From Balanoglossus misakiensis (Eukaryota > Animalia > Hemichordata), in NCBI GenBank assembly GCA_040954595.2, contig CM082576.2, positions 18,585,028 through 18,649,027 on the forward strand: 64,000 bases of DNA. The letters are read 5' to 3'. Of the stretch, positions 39,574-50,600 are shown piece by piece (position 1 is the first letter of the stretch; every line of letters begins with the position of its first letter). Under the pieces are notes generated by a model. It saw nothing but the letters and a program-made list of their open reading frames with translations, ran no database searches and had not been told where the DNA came from. A program made the position numbers and the translations under genes.

Positions 39574-40676
39574 TCAGTCTTTCTTTATTCTTATGTCAAT
39601 TCTTTGTCGCTCTAGATCTCAGACACCACTGCAGGTACAGTTTTCAAACTTGCTACAGTGGTCAAGGTCAATGAGTAGTCGTGCATTGAACCCATGAATT
39701 TTTAATTAGTCACGTGACCTGGCGGCCATATTGGATTTTCTGAAAAAATGCAAATCTCAGATCTCAGAAACTACAAGTCAGATCGACTTCAAATTTGGCG
39801 TGCAGGTAGACTACCTTCTGTCAATCATTTTTGTAATTGGAAATTATGCTGACAAAGTTGCAGTTTTTTTGCTACAATTTTTTTTCTGAAATCTGGCTTA
39901 AATTTCAAAAATCTTCTTCTCCAGAACCGGTGATAACCGAGACACGGGGTTTAGGGTATGTGGTCACCTAACTGATGTCTATCAAGTTTGCGAAGATCAT
40001 TGTGATTGGTCGAAGATTACGGCGGCCATATTGGATTTTCGAAAAACCCTAGTAAAATTTCAAAAATCTTCTTCTCAAGAACCGGCGATAACCGAGTCAC
40101 AAGATTTGGTGTGTGTGGTCATTAAACAGATGTCTAACAAGTTTGCGAAGGGGAATGTGATTGGTCGAAGATTATGGCGGCCATATTGGATTTTGTGAAA
40201 AACGATTAAAAAGAAAAAATTCCCTTTCTAGCCTAAAAATTGATATCACAGAAATTCTTTTTATGGATATGAATCATCATATGCCAAGAATAAGCTATTA
40301 ATATTTTGGTAATTTTGGCAATGACCTTTGTCCTACTTTTGACGCATCATTTTTCTGCATATCTAATTCCAGGCTAACCAATAGGGCTATAAGTTTGGTT
40401 TTTGATGTATGTGGATTTGTATGTGATCAAAAAATGTTGCTACTTTTCATGACCCCTTTGACCTCTGCTGACCTCATTAAATATGCACATACCTAATTAC
40501 AGGTGAACCAATAGACCTAGAGGTTTTGTTTTTGTTATACATGGACCAGTATGGGGTGAAACTATTTTGCCCAAATGTTGGGTGACCTCGGGTGACCTTT
40601 GACCTACTTAACACTATATTAGCATCAGATCAGATAATAGAGCTTGGGCCCGGACAATGCTGCTTGCAGCTTTAAT
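39574..40676 (+). mobile_element. Inner HINE copy 2 (lacks the 5' hairpin, in tandem with copy 1)
   Basis: Begins at the microsatellite (tctttctttattcttatgtc); 39590-40190 is a near-identical reverse complement of ~3030-3650; same 3' terminus, with a ~100-bp sub-terminal deletion near 40625. Confidence 0.8.
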
Positions 40677-41989
40677 TATTATTATTATTATTATTATTCC
40701 GAGAAATATGTCATTGTAGATCTGGAAAACCGCAGCACCTAGGGGGCCGAAACTTGGTAGGGTGGTAGGGGCCAATGAGTAGATGTGCAGTGGCTCGTGA
40801 ATATTTAATTAGTCACGTGACCTGGCGGCCATATTGGATTTCCTGAAAATCGTTAAATGAGTCCTTCTCAAAAACCACTGGGCTGATCGAGTTCAAATTT
40901 GGTGTGCAGGTAGCCTACCTTATGTCCATCATTTTACCCTATTAAAATCATGACGTCATACATAACGTTTTTTTGCTACAATTGTTTTTCTGAAAAACAA
41001 CTTAAAACTTAAAAAATCTTCTTCTCCAGAACCAGCGATTGCCGAGTCACGGGATTCGGGGTATGTGGTCACCTAACCTATGTCTATCAAGTTTGCGAAG
41101 CGAACTGTGATTGGTCGATCATTATGGCGGCCATGTTGGATTTTCGGAAAACCATTGAAAAATGAAAATTCCGTTTTGTAGCCAAAATGTTGACAGCACG
41201 GAAATTCTTTTCTTGGATATGAGTCATCATATGACCGGAAGTTGTCACAATTTTTCGGGGCAATTTTCACATGACCTTTGACCCAGTTTTAAAACAACTA
41301 ATTATATATGCATATTCCCCATACCTCCTCTTGTCAAAGCACCACAGTCATGAATAATGTGGACATGGGTACCAATGCTGCCAGGACATGACACAAATAT
41401 TTTGGTAATTTTGGCAATGACCCTTGACCTATTTCTGAAACATCATTTTTCTGCATATCTAATTCCATGCTACCCAATAGGGCTAGAGGTCTGGTATTGG
41501 TTGGACATGGCCCACTCTGGGTTCAAAATTTTATGCCCAAATTTTGGGTGACCTTGGATGACCTTTGATCTACTTTCCCATATCTCAGCATCCAGAGCAG
41601 TTAGAGCCCTGGCTTTTATGGGGATTGAGCACATAATGGAGTCTTACACAAGACTTCATTAATTATGTGCATACCTAATTGCAGGCGAACCAATAGGGCT
41701 AGGGGTCTGGTTTTTTGTTGGTTCTAGACTAGTATGGGGTCCAATTTTTTTGCCCAAATTTGGGGTGACCTCAGGTGACCTTTGACCTACTTTCCCATAT
41801 CTTGGTATCCCCAGCAGATACAGTCGTGACATTTGCTGGTCACCATGGGAACCGCTTGTGCCCCGCCAACGCTGCTTGCAGCTTTAATGTTACATTTGGA
41901 ATCCACTGGACCAATGTTGAGCTTATTAAATATGTGAATAACTAATGCTGAGCTTACCTATATTGTTACAGGTTGAAATTTTTATTAAC

Positions 41990-42265
41990 ATGCTCTACTA
42001 TTGGACTTAATCTGAATTTCTTGACCAATGATAACCTTCAAATTTTGAGGGCTGGAACACCTAATTACCAGGTTAACCAATAGAGCCAGAAGTCTTGTTT
42101 TTCATTTTATGCTGATTATTTTGGAAGAAAAAATTGTTGACAATTTTGGGTGAGCTCTTGGTGACCTTTGATCAGCTTTCCTATTTACATAGCAGATACA
42201 GCATTGGCACTCTCTGGTATCCATAGGAACTGCTTTGACCTAGCCAATGTTGGTTGCACCTTAAT
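41990..42265 (+). mobile_element. Older, decayed HINE 3' end (probable remainder of the element interrupted at 38283)
   Basis: accaatagagccagaagtc, ggtgacctttgatc, cagcagatacagc and the decayed terminus gccaatgttggttgcaccttaattg. Confidence 0.5.
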
Positions 42266-42354
42266 TGCACCGCAGTATGTTGGTTTGGGCGAGCTTGCCA
42301 CATTAATCCTATCATTATCATTGATTTTATCGATTTCATGTTTTTAATTCTTTC

Positions 42355-42945
42355 ATTCTTTTTTTTTCTGTAGGTCCCACCGGTACTCTTCTTCTTCTCT
42401 CTCTCTCTTTCTTTTTTTCTTTTTCCTCTTCTTTCTTTTCTCTTTTTTTTTCTTTTTTTTTCCTGTAGGCCCCAATGGTAACACCATAATCAACCTACTA
42501 ACGTAAAATTTGATGGATGGAGAAAGCGGAGTGTCAACCATAGTCAACCTACTAATATAAACTTTGATGGAGGATGGATGGAGCGTCAACCATAGTCAAC
42601 CTACTAATATAAACTTTGATGGATGGATGGATGGAGCGGAGCGTCAACCATAGTCAACCTACTAAAATATAAACTTTGATGGATGGATGGTGCCGTGGAG
42701 CGTCAACTTAAATGATGGAGAAGCGGAAGGATGGAGAAGTGGAGTTTTTTTCTCTGTTTTTTCCTCTCTTTTTCCTGTAGGGCTCACTGGTAACACCATA
42801 ATCAACCTACTAACGTAAAATTTGATGGATGGATGAAGCGGCGTGTCAACCATAGTCAACCTACTAATATAAACTTTGATGGATGGATGGATGGAGCATC
42901 AACCTAAAGGATGGAGAAGTGGAAGAATGGAGAAGTGGAGTTTCA
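42355..42945. repeat. Pyrimidine tract plus ~52-58-bp minisatellite with a (GATG)n core; ~315-bp block duplication
   Basis: Unit ACCATAGTCAACCTACTAATATAAACTTTGATGGATGG...GAGCGTCA repeated ~6 times; block ttttcctgtagg...ggtaacaccataatcaacctactaacg at ~42460 and ~42771. Confidence 0.8.
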
Positions 42946-43129
42946 ACATAATATCCTATTGACCGAAATTATTAGTTAGAGTAATATAGACATACAAAAC
43001 GAGGTGATCGCAATATAAAACTTAATAGTCCAATAAATCGGGTTAATAATTGGTAGTGATTACTTGTTTTAAAATTAGGTTAACAGCAATGGCTTTGTGC
43101 AGGGTATGATAATAGGTTCTGAAATGTGT

Positions 43130-43640
43130 ATGGTATAATAACGGTGAACAAATTTGAATTTGGTTTAATAAAAGGGTTAAAAATGTGATGATGGTTTTAT
43201 GGTAAAATTGGAGTGTACACAGGTTATAAAGGGGTAACAGTGGTTGCTTGTATGAAGGTAATGATAATAGGGTAACAAATGTGACTGGTATAAAAAATGT
43301 ATAATAACGGGTTCATAATATGATGATGGCTTATGTACACAGGTTATAATGGGTATATGAATGAGAAGGGTATAATAATGGTAATAGGGTAACAAATGTG
43401 ACTGGTATAAAAAGGTATAATAACGGGTTCATAATATGATGATGGCTTGTGTACACAGGTTATAATGGGTATATGAATGAGAGGGGTATAATAATGGTAA
43501 TAACTGTGTCAGGTTTAATAAGGGTAGCAATTGTGCAAGGGTATAATAACGATTAATAATTGTGGTGATGGCTTATGGTGATATTAAGTATAAAAGGGTG
43601 TTTAATATTGATGGTGATGATAAAGGTATAATAATGATAA
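43130..43640. repeat. C-poor low-complexity region with a 117-bp tandem duplication
   Basis: AGGGTAACAAATGTGACTGGTATAAAAA at 43269 and 43386; degenerate ggtataataa motifs in the flanks. Confidence 0.7.
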
Positions 43641-44649
43641 ATCGTTAAATAAGTGTCCAGGGTCTAATAATCATGTTAGGTCATTCATTGGTTAATGTGA
43701 ATATTTTATGAATAACATGCTATTATTTCTCAGATAGATAATACTCGTCAGCATCGTTATTCGGTGGAATTTCTCGCAACGGTACCCGTGATTGTATTCG
43801 CGCATCGACACATTGTACGCGACAGACATGCAGAAAATGTTAGCACAATGTTAGGTTAGCTTAACCTCCCCACCCCATCCAAATTCCAAATTTAGCTTAG
43901 ATCATGGGGTGAGAGGAGGAGAGGACAGTTTTTTTCCCTCTTTTGTAATTGGTATGAGGTTTTTTAACTGCCCTTTAGGCGCGTAAATTAAATATGTTAT
44001 CATACATGTAGTTATCTTGCTTTATTTTAAAACAATTGTGAATGAGCTCTGCGAGATTATGTACACGATAGTGTGTTATATAATGCTAAGGTAAAAGTAA
44101 ATTTAACCCACTAACCCATCACACTATTGTGTGCATAATTAGCAGATGCTATTTTGACTAGCCCATTGTTCAACCAAATGACACCTTGTTTCAAAAAGAG
44201 CTGAAACTATATTGGTTAATTTCTTTCAGTTTAACCACATGACACATTGCTTCAAATTGGCCTGCAAGATATGCTACTTGAACTCCCCCCCCCCCACCCC
44301 CACCCCCCCCCCCCCCAAAAAAAAATTAGGGATTAATCACTCGCTATATTATGAACATTCACATGAAAATTATGCAACCAAATTAAAGGTATTCTGGAGG
44401 CGTCTTCTGATGTCAGGTGGTTCAAATCCACCGATACCTAAGCTGGAAACATAACTTTTCATTGGTGTTCATGTATGGCGAATAAAACACGCATATTCGT
44501 ATTATCATATTTCAGAAATGAACGAATTGAATAAGATTCTTTTCGATATGTCACTATAAACTTTAATCCCATTTCACCCACTTTACTCAAAATGTAATGT
44601 TTAAATAGCAAAGAAGTAATCATTAAACTTTGACACCGGGGTTTAAAAT

Positions 44650-47600
44650 GCATACAGGGATACTAAAAGTTGACTGAAAATCCCTGGGTTAATAAGTGTC
44701 CAAAAGCAATTTTATTTGACATTGCTAATGCAGCGATGACATTGAATCTGATTCTTTGCATCAGGGTAAATTGTGATGCAAGCTTGATGATGCAGCCCGG
44801 TAGATAGTGATGCAAACACTTCACTTTGACATGGGTATTTAATGCATGTGCATGGGTATTTAATGTTGACTGTAAATCCCCAGGTTAATTCTTGGCCAAA
44901 AGCACTGTAATTTGACATTGCTAATGCTACCGTGACACTAAATCTGATTCTTTGCATCAGGGTAAATTGTGAAGCAAGCTTGATGATGCATCATGATAGA
45001 TGGTGTTTCAAGCCCTTCACATTGACATTGGAATATAACGCATATGGGGATTGAAAGTTGATTGTGAATCCCCAGGTTAATACTTGGCCAAAAGCAATGT
45101 AATTTAAAATTGCTAATGCAATGGTGACATTCAATGTGATTCTTTGCATTAGGGGAAATGGTGTAGGAAGCCTAATGGTGCATCAGAGTAGATGGTGATG
45201 CAAGCTCTGCACTTTGACATAGGTATTTAATGCATATGCATGGGTATTTAATGTTGACTGTAAATCCCCAGGTTAATACGTGGCCAAAAGCACTGTAATT
45301 TGACATTGCTAATGCTACCGTGACACTAAATCTGATTCTTTGCATCAGGGTAAATTGTGAAGCAAGCTTGATGATGCATCATGATAGATGGTGTTTCAAG
45401 CCCTTCACATTGACATTGGAATATAACGCATATGGGGATTGAAAGTTGATTGTGAATCCCCAGGTTAATACTTGGCCAAAAGCACCGTAATTTAAATTGC
45501 TAATGCAATGGTGACATTGAATTTGATTCTTTGCATTAGGGGAAATGGTGTAGGAAGCCTAATGGTGCATCAGAGTAGATGGTGATGCAAGCTCTGCACT
45601 TTGACATAGGTATTTAATGCATATGCATGGGTATTTAATGTTGACTGTAAATCATCAGGTTAATACGTGGCCAAAAGCACTGTAATTTGACATTGCTAAT
45701 GCTACCATGACACTAAATCTGAATCTTTGCATCAGGTAAATTGTGGAGCAAACTTGATGATGCATCATGATAGATGGTGTTTCAAGCCCTTCACATTGAC
45801 ATTGGAATATAACGCATATGGGGATTGAAAGTTGATTGTGAATCCCCAGGTTAATACTTGGCCAAAAGCACTGTAATTTAAAATTGCTAATGCAATGGTG
45901 ACATTGAATTTGATTCTTTGCATTAGGGGAAATGGTGTAGGAAGCCTAATGGTGCATCAGAGTAGATGGTGATGCAAGCTCTGCACTTTGACATAGGTAT
46001 TTAATGCATATGCATGTGTATTTAATGTTGACTGTAAGTCATCAGGTTAATACGTGGCCATAAGCACTGTAATTTGACATTGCTAATGCAACAATGATAT
46101 TGAATCTGATTCTTTGCATCAGGGTTAATGGCATTGCAGGCTTGATGATGCATCCCGGTAGATAGTGAGGCAAACACTTCACTTTGACATGGGTATTTAA
46201 TGCATGCACATTGATATCTAAAGTTGACTCTAAATCCCGAGGTTAATACATGGCCAAGAGCACTGTAATTTTAAATTACTAATGCAAGGGTGACATTGAA
46301 TATGGGTAAATGGTGAAGCAAACGTGATGATGCATCAGGATAGATGGTGTTTCAAGTCCTTCACATTGACTTTTGAATATAATGCATATGGGGATTTAAA
46401 GATGATTATAAATCCCTAGGTTAAGACATGGCCAAAAGAACTTTTATTTGACATTGCTAATGCAACAGTGACATTGAATCTGATTCTATGCATCAGGGTA
46501 AATGGCGAAGCAAGCTTAATGATGCATCAGGACAGATGGTGTTTCAAGCCCTTCACATTCACATTGGAATATAACGCATATGGGGATTTGAAGTTGACTG
46601 TAAATCCTCAGGTTAATACGTGGCCAAAAGCAATTTTATTTGACATTGCTAATGCAATGGTGACATTGAATCTGATCCTATGCATCAGGGTAAATGGCGA
46701 TGCAGGCTTGATGATGCATCACGGTAGATAGTGATGCAAACAGTTCACTTTGACATGGGTTTAAATGGATATGGGGATTTCAAGTTGATTACAAATCCCT
46801 GGGTTAATACGTGTCAAAAAGCAATGTAATTTGACATTGCTAATGAAATGGTGACATTGAATGTAATTCTTTGCATTAGGGGAAATGGCTAAGCAAGCTT
46901 AATGATGCATTGGACTAGATGGTGATGCAAGCTATGCATTTTGACATACATATTTAATGCATATGCATGTGTATTTAATGTTGACTATAAATCCTCAGGT
47001 GAATACATGGCCATAAGCACTATAATTTGACATTGCTAATGAAATGGTGACACTGAATCTGATTCTTTGCATCAGGGCAAATGGCGAAGCAAGCTTAATG
47101 ATGCATCGGAGTAGATGGTGATGCAAGCTCTGCATTTTGACATAGGTATTAAATGTATATACATGGATATTTAAAGTTGTCTGTAAAACCCCAGGTTAAT
47201 ACATGGCCATAAGCACTATAATTTGATATTGCTAATGAAATGGTGACACTGAATCTGATTCTTTGCATCAGGGCATATTGTGAAGCATGCTTGATGATGC
47301 ATTAGGATCAATAGTGATGGAAACACTGCACTATGACATGGGCATTTTATGCATACGCATTGATATTTACAGTTGACTCTAAATCCCGAGGTTAATACAT
47401 GGCTAAAAGCGCTGTTATTTAAAATTAGTAATGCAAGGGTGACATTGACTATGGGTAAATGGTGAAGCAAACGTGATGATGCATCAGGATAGATGGTGTT
47501 TTAAGCCCTTCACATTGACTTTTGAATATAATGCATATGGGGATTTAAAGTTGATTGTAAATCCCTAGGTTAATACATGGCCAAAAGCAATTTTATTTGA

Positions 47601-50600
47601 CATTGCTAATTGAACGATGACATTGAATCCGATTCTTTGCATCAGGGTAAATGGCGATGCAAGCCTGATGATGCATCACGGTAGATAGTGATGCAAACAC
47701 TTTACTTTGACATGGTTATTAAATGCATATGGGGATTTCAAGTTGATTACAAATCCCTGGGTTAATACGCGTCCAAAAGCACTGTAATTTGACATTGCTA
47801 ATGCGATGTTGACATTGAATGTAATTCTCCGCATTAGGGCAAATGGCAAAGCAAGCTTAATGATGCAATGGAGTAGACGGTGATGCAAGCTATGCATTTT
47901 GACATAGGTATTTAATGCATGTGCATGGGTATTTAATGTTGAATGTAAATTCTCAGGTTAATACATCTCCAAAAGCACTGTAATTTAAAATTGCTAATGT
48001 AAGGGTGACATTGAATCTGATTCTTTGCATTAGGGGAAATGGCGTAGCAAGCCTAATGATCCATCTGAGTAGATGGTGATGCAAGCTAAGCATTTTGACA
48101 TAGGTACTAAATGTATATACATGGGTATTTAAAGTTGTCTGTAAATCCCCAGGTTAATACATGGCCATAAGCACTATAATTTGACATTGCTATGAAATGG
48201 TGACACTGAATCTGATTCTTTGCATCAGGGCATATTGTGAAGCATGGTTGATGATGCATTAGGGTCAATAGTGATGGAAACACTGCACTATGACATGGGT
48301 ATTTAATGCATACGCATTGATATTTACAGTTGACTCTAAATCCCGAGGTTAATACATGGCTTAAAGCGCTGTAATTTAAAATTACTAATGCAAAGGTTAC
48401 ATTGAATATGGGTAAATGGTGAAGCAAGCTTGAAGATGCATCAGGGTAGCTGGTGTTTCAAGCCCTTCACATTGACATTGGAATATAATTCATATGGGGA
48501 TTTAAAATTGATTGTAAATCCCTAGGTTAATACATGGCCAAAAGCACTGTAATTTAAAATTGCTAATGCAATGGTGACATTGAATGTGATTCTTTGCATC
48601 AGGGCATATTGTGAAGCATGCTTGATGATGCATTAGGGTCAATAGTGATGGAAACACTGCACTATGACATGGGTATTTAATGCATACGCATTGATATTTA
48701 CAGTTGACTCTTAATCCCGAGGTTAATACATGGCTAAAAGCACTGTAATTTAAAATTACTAATGCAAAGGTTACATTGAATATGGGTAAATGGTGAAGCA
48801 AGCTTGAAGATGCATCAGGGTAGATGGTGTTTCAAGCCCTTCACATTGACATTGGAATATAATGCATATGGGGATTTAAAATTGATTGTAAATCCCTAAG
48901 TTAATACGTGGCCAAAAGCAATTTTATTTGACATTGCTAATGCAATGATGACATTGAATCCGATTCTTTGTATCAGGGTAAATGGCGATGCAAGCTTGAT
49001 GATGCATCACGGCAGATAGTGATGCAAACACTTCACTTTGACATGGGCATTAAATGCATATGGGGATTTCAAGTTGATTACAAATCCCTGGGTTAATACG
49101 CGTCCAAAAGCACTGTAATTTGAAATTGCTAATGCGATGTTGACATTGAATGTAATTCTCCGCATTAGGGCAAATGGCAAAGCAAGCTTAATGATGCAAT
49201 GGAGTAGACGGTGGTGCATGCTATGCATGTTGACATAGGTATTTAATGCATGTGCATGGGTATTTAATGTTGAATGTAAATTCCCAGGTTAATACATCTC
49301 CAAAAGCACTGTAATTTAAAATTGCTAATGTAAGGGTGACATTGAATCTGATTCTTTGCATTATGGGAAATGGCGTAGCAAGCCTAATGATCCATCTGAG
49401 TAGATGGTGATGCAAGCTAAGCATTTTGATATAGGTACTAAATGTATATACATGGGTATTTAAAGTTGTCTGTAAATCCCCAGGTTAATACTTGGCAAAA
49501 AGCAATTTTATTTGACATTGCTAATGAAATGGTGACACTGAATCTGATTCTTTGCATCAGGGTAAATGGCAATGCAAGCTTGATGATGCATCCCGGTAGA
49601 TAGTGATGCAAACACTTCACTGTGACATGGGTATTAAATGCATATGGGGATTAAAAGTTGACTGAAAATCCCTGGGTTAATACAAGTCCAAAAGCACTGA
49701 AATTTGACATAGCTAATACAATGGTGACATTGAATGTGATTCTTTGCATTAGGGGAAATGGCGTAGCAAGCCTAATGATGCATCAGTGTAGATGGTGATC
49801 CAAGCTATGCTTTTTGACATAGGTATTTAATGCATGTGCATGGGTATTTAATGTTGACTGTAAATCCCTGGGTTAATACAAATCCAAAAGCACTGTAATT
49901 TGACATTGCTAATACAACGGTGTCATTTAATCTGATTCTTTGCATCAGGGCAAATTGCGAAGCAAGCTTAATGATGCATCGGAGTATATGGTGATGCAAG
50001 CTATGCACTTTGACATACGTATTTAATGCATATGCATTGGTATTTAATGTTGACTGTAAATCCCCAGGTTAATACGTGGCCAAAAGCACTGTAATTTGAC
50101 ATTGCTAATGCTACCGTGACACTAAATCTGATTCTTTGCATTAGGGTAAATTGTGAAGCAAGCTTGATGATGCATCAGGATAGATGGTGTTTTAAGCCCC
50201 TCACATTAACATTGGAATATAACGCATATGGGGATTTAAAGTTAATTGTAAATACCCAGGTTAATACATGGCCAAAAGCACTGTAATTTAAAATTGCTAA
50301 TGCAATGGTGACATTGAATGTGATTCTTTGCATTAGGGGAACTGGCGTAGCAATCCTAATAGTGCATCAGAGTAGATGGTGATGCAAGCTCTGCACTTTG
50401 ACATAGGTATTTAATGCATATGCATGTGTATTTAATGTTGACTATAAATCCTCAGGTGAATACATGGCCATAAACACTATAATTTGACATTGCTAATGAA
50501 ATGGTGACACTGAATCTGATTCTTTGCATCAGGGCATATTGTGAAGCATGCTTGATGATGCATTAGGGTCAATAGTGATGGAAACACTGCACTATGACAT

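Larger units (their letters stand above)
38284..41888 (+). mobile_element. Outer HINE (38284-38344 + 40677-41888) interrupted by two inner HINEs
   Basis: 5' hairpin TAGGGGCACAAGCC-tatcg-GGCTTGTGCCCCTA (38285-38317); its (TTA)n tract resumes at ~40676; matching 3' subTIR GCTTGTGCCCC at 41854-41864, then GCTGCTTGCAGCTTTAAT. Confidence 0.8.

Noticed and set aside
42353-42589. Lys/Arg-rich ORF
   Set aside because: Translation of a pyrimidine microsatellite tract.
44283-44326. C-tract / G-quadruplex as an array boundary element
   Set aside because: Simple homopolymer-like run; similar tracts occur elsewhere (12082, 12866) and there is no evidence of function.
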